Assembly (NCBI GenBank): GCA_963714715.1
Contig: CAVQPV010000035.1
Coordinates: 11,407-75,406, forward strand
Direction of reading: 5' to 3'
From: Pirellulaceae bacterium
Lineage (GTDB): Bacteria; Planctomycetota; Planctomycetia; Pirellulales; Pirellulaceae
DNA length: 64,000 nt
Every line of letters begins with the position of its first letter. Position 1 is the stretch's first letter. The notes under the pieces are model-generated. The model ran no database searches, was not told the origin of the DNA, and saw only the letters and a program-made list of their open reading frames with translations. Positions 39,188 to 48,165 of the stretch are shown in pieces. Made by a program: the position numbers and the translations under genes.

Positions 39188-39478
39188 TCCTGAGTCGTTG
39201 AACAGTAGATGCGCCGATCATGGCGATTATTTCGGGCGAGGCGCCAATTTTTTTGGTCATTCGCCCAACAAAGGGCGAGATTCCCTCGTTGTGTGTCACC
39301 AGCACCCCTAGTTTGGTGGGGGCGGCGCGGACGGTGGGTTGAATGGGCAGGATTGTTGGGGTCTGATTCCGCAGGCAACGCGTAGCACGCGGGGGCTCGA
39401 AATTGCCGGGCGCTCCGATCGTTCTCCAGAAACGATATCGGAGTACCGCCTCGGCATCATCCTTCGGACGGGAAATCG

Positions 39479-40462
39479 ATGGCATCGAATGAAAAAAACC
39501 TCTGGGTCGGCTTCGATCTGGGCGGTACCAAAATGTTGGCAATCGCCTACGACGACAAATGGAAGGTGCTGGCCCGTCGACGCCGTAAGACACGCGGACG
39601 CGATGGATCTGATTCCGGCGTCGAACGGATCGCTTCCACGATCGAACGTCTGCTTGATGAGAATGACTTCAAGCCAGAACAAATTGCCGGAATCGGGATC
39701 GGATGCCCAGGTCCCATCGATTTGGACAACGGGCGCATCTTGATGACGCCCAACCTTGGTTGGGACGATGTTGACTTGCAGGCATTCTTGCAAAAGCGTT
39801 TTGCTTGTCCCGCCGTGGTGATGAACGATGTCGATGCAGGCGTGTACGGAGAATACGAATTCGGCGCAGCCAAGGGAGCGCATTGCGCGGTCGGTATCTT
39901 TCCGGGCACCGGCGTCGGCGGCGGTTGTGTGTACGAAGGAAAAATCTTGCACGGCGCCGGGATCAGCTGCATGGAGATCGGTCACACACGGATCAGCAGC
40001 AGCATCCGTGCGAGTGGACTGGAATTGCCAGGTACCTTGGAAGCAGAGGCGAGCCGATTGACGATTGCTGCCGAAGCGGCCAAGGCAGCCTTTCGCGGAG
40101 ACGCGCCATGGTTGGCCAAAGAAGTGGGAACGGATCTAGCCGACATCCGCAGCGGAGCCCTCGCAGATTCGGTCGCGAACGGCGATGTTGTCGTTCGGCG
40201 TTTGGTGGAAGAATCCGCCGAGGCGATCGGCATGGCCGTCGTCAACATTGTCCATGTTCTCGCGCCCGACAAGATTGTCTTGGGTGGCGGGATGATCGAA
40301 GCGCTGGAAAACATTTTCATCAGCACCGTCAGCAAGATCGCACGCAAAAGCGTGATGCCCGTCTACAAAGATCGCTTTGAAGTGGTTGCGGCGAAGCTAG
40401 CCGATGACGCCAGCGTGATGGGAGCGGCAGCCTGGGCAAAGCGCACGCTGACAAAGTCATAG
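39479..40462 (+). CDS. ROK-family sugar kinase (glucokinase-like)
   Basis: LWVGFDLGGTKMLAIA...GIGIGCPGPIDLDNGRIL...VVMNDVDAGVYGEYEFGAAKG...GTGVGGGCVYEGKILHGAG...EIGH. The 327-aa ORF is intact. Confidence 0.85.
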   Translation: MASNEKNLWVGFDLGGTKMLAIAYDDKWKVLARRRRKTRGRDGSDSGVERIASTIERLLDENDFKPEQIAGIGIGCPGPIDLDNGRILMTPNLGWDDVDLQAFLQKRFACPAVVMNDVDAGVYGEYEFGAAKGAHCAVGIFPGTGVGGGCVYEGKILHGAGISCMEIGHTRISSSIRASGLELPGTLEAEASRLTIAAEAAKAAFRGDAPWLAKEVGTDLADIRSGALADSVANGDVVVRRLVEESAEAIGMAVVNIVHVLAPDKIVLGGGMIEALENIFISTVSKIARKSVMPVYKDRFEVVAAKLADDASVMGAAAWAKRTLTKS

Positions 40463-40630
40463 TCGCCGAGCTCTCCGAGCTCGATAGCAGCAATGCCTCT
40501 CCTCGACACTCCCGCTGTGCGCGGGTTCCCGGCATCTGTCCCGACCGGCCAACGATCGCCGGGAGACCTGTCGGTCACGGGGAACGACGAGGTCGGGAGA
40601 CCTGCGCCGAGCGCGGCCGACGTCTGCCAA

Positions 40631-41951
40631 CTACACCCGGTCGATGTACTTGTTGACCAGGTTTTCCAGCATTTCTTGGCGGCCGCTGACGTTGGGCGTC
40701 ACGTCACCTTTCGCCAGCATGTAGGCCTCCAGGTCGGCGAGCCCAACCCCGCCCGCCTCGACTCTGGCACCGATTCCTTCGTCCCAACTGCTGTATCGCG
40801 TGCTGATGAATCCATCCAACGCTCGGTCGGCACGAATCGCAGCGGCGATCTTCAGCCCCTTTGCGAACGCATCCATGCTGCCGATGTGGGCGTGGAACAA
40901 GTCGATTGGCTCGAATGACTCGCGACGCACCTTGGCGTCGAAGTTCACGCCGCCGCTGCCCAAGCCGCCGTACTTGAGAATGTAGTACATCGTTTGCGTG
41001 GTCAGGTAATAATCGGTTGCGAATTGGTCGGTGTCCCAGCCCAGCAACATGTCGCCGGTGTTGGCATCGATGCTGCCCAAGGCTCCTTGGCTGCCGGCAT
41101 AATCCAGTTCGTGCATCATCTCGTGACCGGCCAGCGTGGCGTGATTGGTTTCGATATTCAGCTTGAAATGGTCGAGCAGATCGTAGGCGCGAAGGAAATT
41201 CAGGCACGCCGCCGCATCGCTGTCGTACTGATGCTTGGTCGGCTCTTTCGGTTTGGGCTCGATCAAGAACTGACCCGTGAAGCCGATCTCTTTGGCGTAG
41301 TCGACCGCCATGTGAAAGAACTGCGCCCAGATGATCGAGTTCGCGTTTCATGTCGGTGTTGTACAGATTCTGGTAGCCTTCGCGGCCGCCCCAGAACACA
41401 TAGTTCTCGCCACCAAGTCGATGCGTGACTTCCAACGCCTTTTTGACTTGAGCACCGGCATAGGCAAACACATCGGCGTTGCAACTGGTTGCCGCGCCGT
41501 GCATGAATCGCGGATTGCTGAACATGTTGGCCGTGCCCCACAGCAGCTTGACACCGCTCCGCTGTTGTTCCTCTTCCAGGACATCGGCGACCGCGTCCAA
41601 GTTGCTGTTCGATTCCGCCAGCGAGCCGCCTTCGGGCGCGACGTCGCGATCATGAAACGCGTAGTAGGGTGCTTGCAGTTTCTCAAACAACTCAAAGGCT
41701 GCACGGGCGCGATTCTGAGCATTTTCGACCGACTCGCTGCCGTCATCCCAAGGACGCACCGCGGTTCCCACGCCGAAAGGATCCGAACCGGTGCCGCGGA
41801 AGGTGTGCCAGTAGACGATGGAGAATCGAAAATGATCCTTCATCGATTTGCCTTCCACCGTCTCGTCCGGGTTGTACCAGCGAAATGCGAGAGGATTGTC
41901 GCTATCGGGGCCTTCGTACGCTATGGTTGGGATGTCGGGGAAAGCGCTCAT
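40631..41951 (-). pseudogene. xylA: Xylose isomerase; frame-broken near 41325-41335
   Basis: The N-terminal part, in ORF 40704..42017 from ATG 41951, reads [20 protein letters not shown]...[13 protein letters not shown]...[21 protein letters not shown]...[14 protein letters not shown]. The C-terminal part, in ORF 40631..41311, reads [16 protein letters not shown]...[12 protein letters not shown]...[10 protein letters not shown]...GWDTDQF. Removing one g in 'ctgggcgcagttc' gives ...[14 protein letters not shown]. Confidence 0.9.
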
Positions 41952-42033
41952 GCTGCAGTGGCCTCGAGAATGGTCGGGTGGTCGAAACCAACAATATCCC
42001 GGCCCACAGGCCCGCAAGCAAGCGGTGGCACCG

Positions 42034-43451
42034 CTACTCTTTTCGATCCAGCTGGCTATCGGTGAACTGCATGTCGGCTTGATGCTCCTTGGTCACCTTG
42101 GCGATCGCCGCGACCACGTCCGGTCGCTGGCCCGCAATGTTTCGCTTTTCGCCAATGTCGATGTGCAGGTCGTAAACCAACGGTGGGTCGTGATCCGTCG
42201 CTTGGTTGGATCCCGGCACGTAGCTGTCCTGCGTGATGTAATGAGCCTTGTAGCGCCCGTGCCGCACTGCCATCAGCCGATAGTCACGATAGAAAAACAT
42301 CGACTTGCGCGGCGACGGTTGATGCCCCGTCAGCATGGCCGACAAGTCATACCCGTCCAACTGATGATCGTCGGGCAAGGTCGCCCCAGCCATCGAGGCG
42401 ATCGTTGGCAACAGATCCAAAGTGCTGCCCAGTTCCGTGGTCGTCACTCCCGCGGGGATCGAGCCCGGCATCCAAAAAACACCGGGGACTCGCATGCCGC
42501 CCTCGAACGTGGTTCCTTTCCCATTGCGCAGCGGTCCAGCCGAACCGCCTTGGTCGCCAAAAACGAGCCAAGGGCCGTTGTCGCTGGTAAAGACCACCAT
42601 CGTTTTCTTGTCCAGCTCCAATTCACGCAGCGTGTTGAGTACCTGACCGACACTCCAGTCGATCTCTTCAATCACGTCGCCGTACAGCCCCGCGCGCGAG
42701 TGACCGGCGAACGATTGATGACGAAACAGCGGCACGTGGGGCAGCGAGTGCGCCAGATAAAGAAAGAACGGCTTGCCGCTCGATTCGCGGATGAACTCGA
42801 CTGCTTTCTCTGCATAACGTTTGGTGATCGTGTTTTGATCGGCGGGCCGTTCAATTTGTTCGACGCCAGCGGCTGTGGTTCCACTCAGCAGCGGCACGTT
42901 GAAGTACTCAATCTTCGGATCGTTGAACGAGCCGCGGTTCTTTCGTATCTCTTTCGGCGCAACGTTATCCATGTCGTTGCTGTAGGGAATCCCAAAGTAG
43001 CTATCGAAGCCGTGCACGGTCGGCAAGTATTGCGGCAGGTGTCCGAGATGCCATTTGCCAACCATGCCGGTCGCGTATCCGAGTGGTTTCAGCATTTCCG
43101 CGATCGTCAACTCGCTATCTTGCAAGCCACCGACCGAATCGGGAAACAACACGCGGCGGTTGCCGCACATGCCCGTCCGCGCCGGATAGCGGCCGGTCAT
43201 CAAGGCTGCCCGGCTGGGCGTGCAAACGCTGGAGGCGACGTAGAACTGCGTCATCCGAGTTCCTTCGCCCGCCATGCGGTCCAGATGGGGAGTCGCGATG
43301 GTCGGATGGCCGTAGCAAGTCAAATCGCCCCAGCCAAGATCATCACAAAAGATGATCACGAAGTTGGGTTTGGTAGCCGCATCTGCCTGAGCACGGTCTT
43401 GCCAAGCAATGAACAAACGACAAGCAGACAAGCAAAAGATCGAGATAGCAT
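42034..43451 (-). pseudogene. Arylsulfatase (formylglycine-dependent sulfatase family); frame break inside the signal peptide (~43400)
   Basis: KPNFVIIFCDDLGWGDL...SVCTPSRAALMTGRYPARTG contains the C-x-P-x-R formylglycine motif. The signal peptide MLSRSFACLLVVCSL starts at ATG 43451 in a different frame from the 465-aa ORF. Confidence 0.88.
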
Positions 43452-43758
43452 GGCGGAACCCAGGTAGGAGAATACGGGGAACGGTACTTTAGTTAGGAGT
43501 CGTTCGGAAATCGATTCGTCATTTAGAAATCGGTCGGAAACAAGTTCGGCGATGTCGCACATTTCTTTACGGCGAAGCCGTTTCACAACAAAGCCTAGGG
43601 TAAACGAAACGAGCGACAGCGAGTGGAGTGCCACCCCTGGTTGAACTGCCCGATGCTAGTGTGGTTTTAAACGGAAACCCAGGGCGGCGGTTTGGCTCGC
43701 CTAAAGCTCGCCAGCCAGACCGTGGGCTATATTGTTGTGCCCTTGCAGGCGATTTTAT

Positions 43759-44134
43759 ATGATCCGTTCTTTGCCATCGTTGGGCCAGGAGTATCCGCCG
43801 GTAGGTGATGAACGCTGGAGCAAGATCGCTGACGACTTCTTGGATTACATGATGGAGGCGATGCCCGACGCGTTATCGGTTTGGGAAGTAGCTGGTCAAG
43901 CAACTGCAAGTGGTGGAAGCCATCCGTGACCATGTTGCGCGGACCGGCCACCTGCCCAAGAATCTGGGCGAACTGACGCTTTACGCGCCCCATGATCCGC
44001 TGACTGGTAAACCCTATGACTACCGCATCTCCAACACCTTGGCCGTACTCAGCACGCCAAAGATTCCTGGTGTTGACGAGGCACTTCAACAGCCGAAATC
44101 CTATCGCTTGAAAGTCGCCGCGATCGATGATTAA
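43759..44134 (+). pseudogene. Small hypothetical protein; frame-broken near 43890-43910
   Basis: MIRSLPSLGQEYPPVGDERWSKIADDFLDYMMEAMPDALSVWE... continues as VEAIRDHVARTGHLPKNLGELTLYAPHDPLTGKPYDYRI in ORF 43910..44134. I recognise no domain. It could be the tail of a larger lost gene. Confidence 0.35.
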
Positions 44135-44969
44135 GCTTTGTTTTTGGGCGATTCCTTGACCGACGTGAACTTTAGCAACAACCAATCACCGAATCTCGGA
44201 AAGGCGTGGCCGATCGCGATCAGCAGTCGCATATAACCTGGCAAAATCACGTCGACGCGCCGTCGCTGGACGCACTTCAAGACCGCTTGGGCAACTTTCT
44301 CCGGCGGCAACCCTTTCACTCGGGTTCCTCCGCCCGGCTTGGACGCTTGCTCGGGAACGGACTCGTCGATTTGTTCTTGGTATCGCGTTCCCTCGTCGTC
44401 GCGGCGAATGGGACCTGGATTGACCAAGGCGACATGAATGCCTCGTGGCCGCAATTCCAGCCTCATTTGCTGGGTCATCCCGGCGAGGGCATGTTTGGCG
44501 GCCGCGTAGCCACCGATGTAACGTGCGCCGACTTTGGCAGCCAGCGATCCAATGTTGACGATCACGCCGCGCGATTCTTCCAACATCGGTAGCGCCGCTT
44601 GCGAGCAGAGCAGGGCAGTGAAGACGTTTTGCTGGATCAAATGCTTCAGTCTTTCGGGCTGCAAGCTTCTCAGCCAAGCCACGATCGCTCGCCCCGACAC
44701 AATTGACCAGAGCGTCGAGCCGTCCAAATTGCTCGCGACGTGATCGATCAAGAGCCTCAACATCGTCTCTCTTCGTCAAATCGCAGGTGGTCGCGTGCCG
44801 AGCGATCAGCGGGCGCCGCGAACCGCTCGATCGCCGGTTCGAGCCGATCCTGATTTCGCCCAGCAATCATCACCCGGTAGCCCGCGTCCAAGAATGTGTG
44901 GGCGACAACCCACCCCAGCCCCGCGGAACCGCCGGTGATCAGAGCAACAGGATGCGGGTCAGATTCCAT
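44131..44969 (-). pseudogene. Short-chain dehydrogenase/reductase (SDR); about 4 frame breaks between 44670 and 44820
   Basis: MESDPHPVALITGGSAGLGWVVA (TGxxxGxG) is in frame a. CDLTKRDDVEAL and FGRLDALVNCVGAS are in frame b. LIDHVASN and NVFTALLCSQAALPML...NIGSLAAKVGARYIGGYAAAKHAL (YxxxK) are in frame c. Confidence 0.8.
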
Positions 44970-45116
44970 TGGCCGAGAGTTGTTGTTCAGGAATGCGGCT
45001 GTGGAAAGGGGCGAAATCCAATACCCTCGCATCTTACACGGCAGAGCCTTAAATTCATCACCTGCGACGGGCCATTGAACAAGCCCGATCCGCCAATTCG
45101 CACCGACGAACGTACC

Positions 45117-46561
45117 ATGTCGAGACCTTCGCTGGATGCAGCCTGTACGAAAATTATCGCCACCGTGGGACCAGCCTGCTGGGAGACCGACAAGCTTGTC
45201 GAATTGATCGAGGCGGGTGCGGATGTCTTTCGCATCAATACGGCGCACGGCAACCGCCAGGAACACGAACGAACGTTGGCCAATATTCGAGCGGCCTCAC
45301 AGAAAACGGGTTTCGCGGCCGGTGTTCTGCTTGATCTTGCCGGCCCCAAGATTCGTTTGGGGCAGCTGGCGGTCGATCCGTTTCAGTGCGAAGTGGGGAT
45401 GCAAGTCAGCTTTATTCGCGGCGATGCTTCCGTCAGACCCAGACCGAATTGACCAGCAGCTACGAGCGGCTGGTCGATGAACTGGAGCCGGGCAACCGAG
45501 TCATGCTGGCTGACGGCAAAGTTGGCCTGCGAGTTCAGTCGGTTGCCGATGACCGCGTCGAGTGTATCGTGATCGCCGGCGGCGAGATTCGCAGTCGACA
45601 AGGCATCAATTTGCCCGGCGTCAAACTTTCCGTGGCGGCGATGCTGCCAGCGCGATATCGACAACGCGATTTGGGGTGCCGAGAACGAAATCGATTTCAT
45701 CAGTCTCTCCTTTGTGCGCAGTGCTGATGACGTCCGGACGCTTCGAGAGTCTGTTGGAGAGCCACCAGTCGAACGCTCTGGTGATCGCCAAAATCGAAAA
45801 GCCGGAGGCACTCAAGCAACTTGGACGCGATCGTCGATGCGACCGACGGGGTGATGGTTGCGCGGGGCGATTTGGGTGTCGAGATCGACGTCGCGGAAAC
45901 ACCGATCGCCCAAAAGCGAATCATTCGGGTTTGCAAGGAGAAAATGAAACCGGTGATCGTGGCGACTCAAATGCTGGAATCGATGCACCACAGCACGCGT
46001 CCCACGCGGGCGGAGGCGAGCGACGTGGCCAATGCAATCTTGGACGGTGCCGACGCCTGCATGCTCAGTGGCGAAACGGCCATCGGCGACCACCCGGTCA
46101 AAGCGGTCGAGATGATGAATCGGATCATGCTTTGCACCGAGTCGGAACTAACACACAACCTGTCCGAGCGGTTGAGCAGTAGTCGAGTGCATCCGATCAC
46201 GTCTGCGGTTACCAATTCGGCGATCAACATTGCCGAGTCGATTCGTGCCAAGTTGATCGTCATCGCCACTCGCAGTGGTGCTACGGCCTGGGTGAAGAGC
46301 AAGAGCCGTAGCCTGATTGCCACGCTCGGGGCCAGCGACGATGTGGCGACACTGAGACGCATGAATTTGCTATGGGGAATTCGGCCGATTAAGGCATCTC
46401 AATTGGCAGACACGCCCAAGTTCATCGGTGAAATTTGCCGCTGGGGAAAAGCACACGGTCATCTACGAACGGGTGATCAAGTCGTCTTTGTGACCGGCAG
46501 CGGCGTCATGAAGAAGGCCCACAATGTCGTCGTCGTTCACACGGTTGAGGAGAACGAGTGA
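45117..46561 (+). pseudogene. pyk: Pyruvate kinase; 4 frame breaks (~45425, ~45648, ~45745, ~45815)
   Basis: The pieces run through successive frames: TKIIATVGPA...FRINTAHG...LLDLAGPKIRLG; then LEPGNRVMLADGKVGLRV...GGEIRSRQGINLPG; then DIDNAIWGAENEIDFISLSFVRSADDV; then [16 protein letters not shown]; then [14 protein letters not shown]...[11 protein letters not shown]...[27 protein letters not shown] to the stop at 46561. Confidence 0.9.
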
Positions 46562-46750
46562 CGCGCCGAGAGTCCTTCGGCATGTCGCTCGAATTCTTCC
46601 GCACGGCGCTGTCGCTCGTTTGGTTCGCGCCGGGCTTTGATGGATAACAGCTTCGCCGTAAACAGACTTGGTGGCTTGCTCGAGCAATGACTTGTGTAGA
46701 CACCGATGCTGTCGAGGCAGCGGCCCGTTCGACGACTTGACCCATGAAGA

Positions 46751-47485
46751 TCACACAGCCGCGAGCACTGGGCGTTCCGATCGAAGGATCGTATTCCGTT
46801 GGCCGGACAGTCGGCTTGGGGCACCGCCGCGGTGCCGTCGATCATTCGATCGAGCTGGTTTGGGGCCGACGGGAGCTTGTCGTTGGTTGCGTTTGAGTTC
46901 ATTTTTCAACGCACATCTTGCTCGATGCAACCGACTGCGGACCGTTCCCAGTCGCACGTTCAGGACTTCACTGATCGTTTGGTAGTCGAACTGTTCGTAG
47001 TCGCGAAGCACCAGAATCCGACGGTGCTTTTCAGCGAGCTGCGTTAAAGCATCGCGTACCTGCTGACGTGCTTCCAAACGCAAGGCAATCTCATCCGGTG
47101 AACCATCGGGGTCGACCCGATGCGTGAGCCGTGATTCATCAACCGATTCAAGCGAATAAACCGGGCGAGAGTTTTTTCGGTAGTGCGAGATCCGCAGGTT
47201 GATCGCGATGCGGTAGAGCCAAGTGTAAAACCTGCTCTGCTGTTGAAATGAATCGAGTCGCAGGAAGGCTTTGACAAACGCATCTTGGACGATGTCTTCG
47301 GCCGCGTGGCTGCAACCGACGTCGTTCAGAATGGCTCGAAACAGCCGGTCCTGGTATCGCTGGATCAGCTGCTCAAACCCCCGTTGATCGCCCGCTTTCG
47401 CTTGATCAATCAGATCATTGTCGGAAACAACTGTATTTTCGTCGGTCATGTATGTCGCAGTTTGCATTGCATCCCCCCGGTGCAT
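46751..47485 (-). CDS. ECF-type sigma-70 family factor (3' end and start uncertain)
   Basis: Region 2 is FEQLIQRYQDRLFRAILNDVG...AEDIVQDAFVKAF...FYTWLYRIAINL. Region 4 is FDYQTISEVLNVRLGTVRSRLHRARCALKNEL. The last ~45 aa are Arg-rich and look off-frame, so the true end may be near 46900. Candidate starts are ATG 47485, 47467 and 47449. Confidence 0.8.
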   Translation of the reverse strand: MHRGDAMQTATYMTDENTVVSDNDLIDQAKAGDQRGFEQLIQRYQDRLFRAILNDVGCSHAAEDIVQDAFVKAFLRLDSFQQQSRFYTWLYRIAINLRISHYRKNSRPVYSLESVDESRLTHRVDPDGSPDEIALRLEARQQVRDALTQLAEKHRRILVLRDYEQFDYQTISEVLNVRLGTVRSRLHRARCALKNELKRNQRQAPVGPKPARSNDRRHRGGAPSRLSGQRNTILRSERPVLAAV

Positions 47486-47511
47486 TAGGATCGTGGTCTC
47501 GGTTGCCTTTG

Positions 47512-47523
47512 GTATCCGGATAC
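47512..47523. promoter_or_regulatory. Perfect 12-bp palindrome GTATCCGGATAC in the divergent promoter region between two ECF sigma genes
   Basis: Read directly from the sequence. It lies between the minus-strand sigma gene (start no later than 47485) and the plus-strand sigma gene (start 47563/47590). Function is unknown. Confidence 0.3.
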
Positions 47524-47562
47524 GCGGCGCTTTCAGGACCAGTCCGCAGCGTTTTCACCAAA

Positions 47563-48165
47563 ATGGATGCGAACTGGAGGAACTTGTTGATGAAACCTGA
47601 AGAAATCGACGTCGCTGAATCGCTGAACCAGATGGCCAATGGCCGTGAATCGGAGGCGGAACGGTTGATGCCGCTGGTTTATGATCAGATGCGGGCCTTA
47701 GCCGGTTCGATGCTGAATCAGGAAATTCCTGGGCATACGTTGCAGCCCACCGCGCTGGTCAACGAGGCGTATCTGAAACTGGCCGACCAGAATCGAGTCA
47801 GTTGGAAAGGCAAGACGCATTTCTTTGCGATCGGCGCGAAAGTGATGCGGCGGATCTTGGTCGATCATGCGCGCGGACGCAAACGGCAGAAACGTGGCGG
47901 CGGGATGCGGCGAATTTCTTTGGAGGACGATCTCAGAGTCAGTAGTCGTAACGATGAAGATGTGTTGGCGGTCGAAGATGCGTTGACCAAACTTGCGACG
48001 TTGGATCCCCGTCAATCAAAAATCATCGAGCTGCGGTTCTTTGGCGGATTGACGGTGGAAGAAGTCGCTGAAGTTCTTCAAGTTTCCAAACGGACGGTCG
48101 AATCAGACTGGACGATGGCGCGAGCCTGGCTTCGCCGCGAACTTTCGGGCGAGGGCCCCGCGTGA
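47563..48165 (+). CDS. ECF-type sigma factor of the kinase-associated class (TIGR02999/ECF43-like, from memory)
   Basis: LMPLVYDQMRALAGSMLNQEIPGHTLQPTALVNEAYLKLADQ...FFAIGAKVMRRILVDHARGRKRQKRGGG...LDPRQSKIIELRFFGGLTVEEVAEVLQVSKRTVESDW. The start is ATG 47563 or 47590 (the track start 47452 is unlikely). The stop overlaps the kinase start (GTGA). Confidence 0.85.
   Translation: MDANWRNLLMKPEEIDVAESLNQMANGRESEAERLMPLVYDQMRALAGSMLNQEIPGHTLQPTALVNEAYLKLADQNRVSWKGKTHFFAIGAKVMRRILVDHARGRKRQKRGGGMRRISLEDDLRVSSRNDEDVLAVEDALTKLATLDPRQSKIIELRFFGGLTVEEVAEVLQVSKRTVESDWTMARAWLRRELSGEGPA

Noticed and set aside
39308-39985. 225-aa minus-strand ORF
   Set aside because: It is antisense to the ROK kinase gene (clear DLGGT/ROK motifs) and has no motif of its own.
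41848-43467. 539-aa plus-strand ORF
   Set aside because: It is antisense to the sulfatase gene (which has a clear CTPSR motif) and to the xylA 5' end. Its composition is Arg-rich and nonsense-like.
46537-46902. 121-aa minus-strand ORF overlapping the tail of the ECF sigma gene (candidate anti-sigma)
   Set aside because: Only the first ~45 aa look protein-like, and the rest is Arg/Ser-rich. No anti-sigma motif or TM helix could be assembled from any single frame. A real small gene disrupted by further frame breaks is possible, but I cannot support it.
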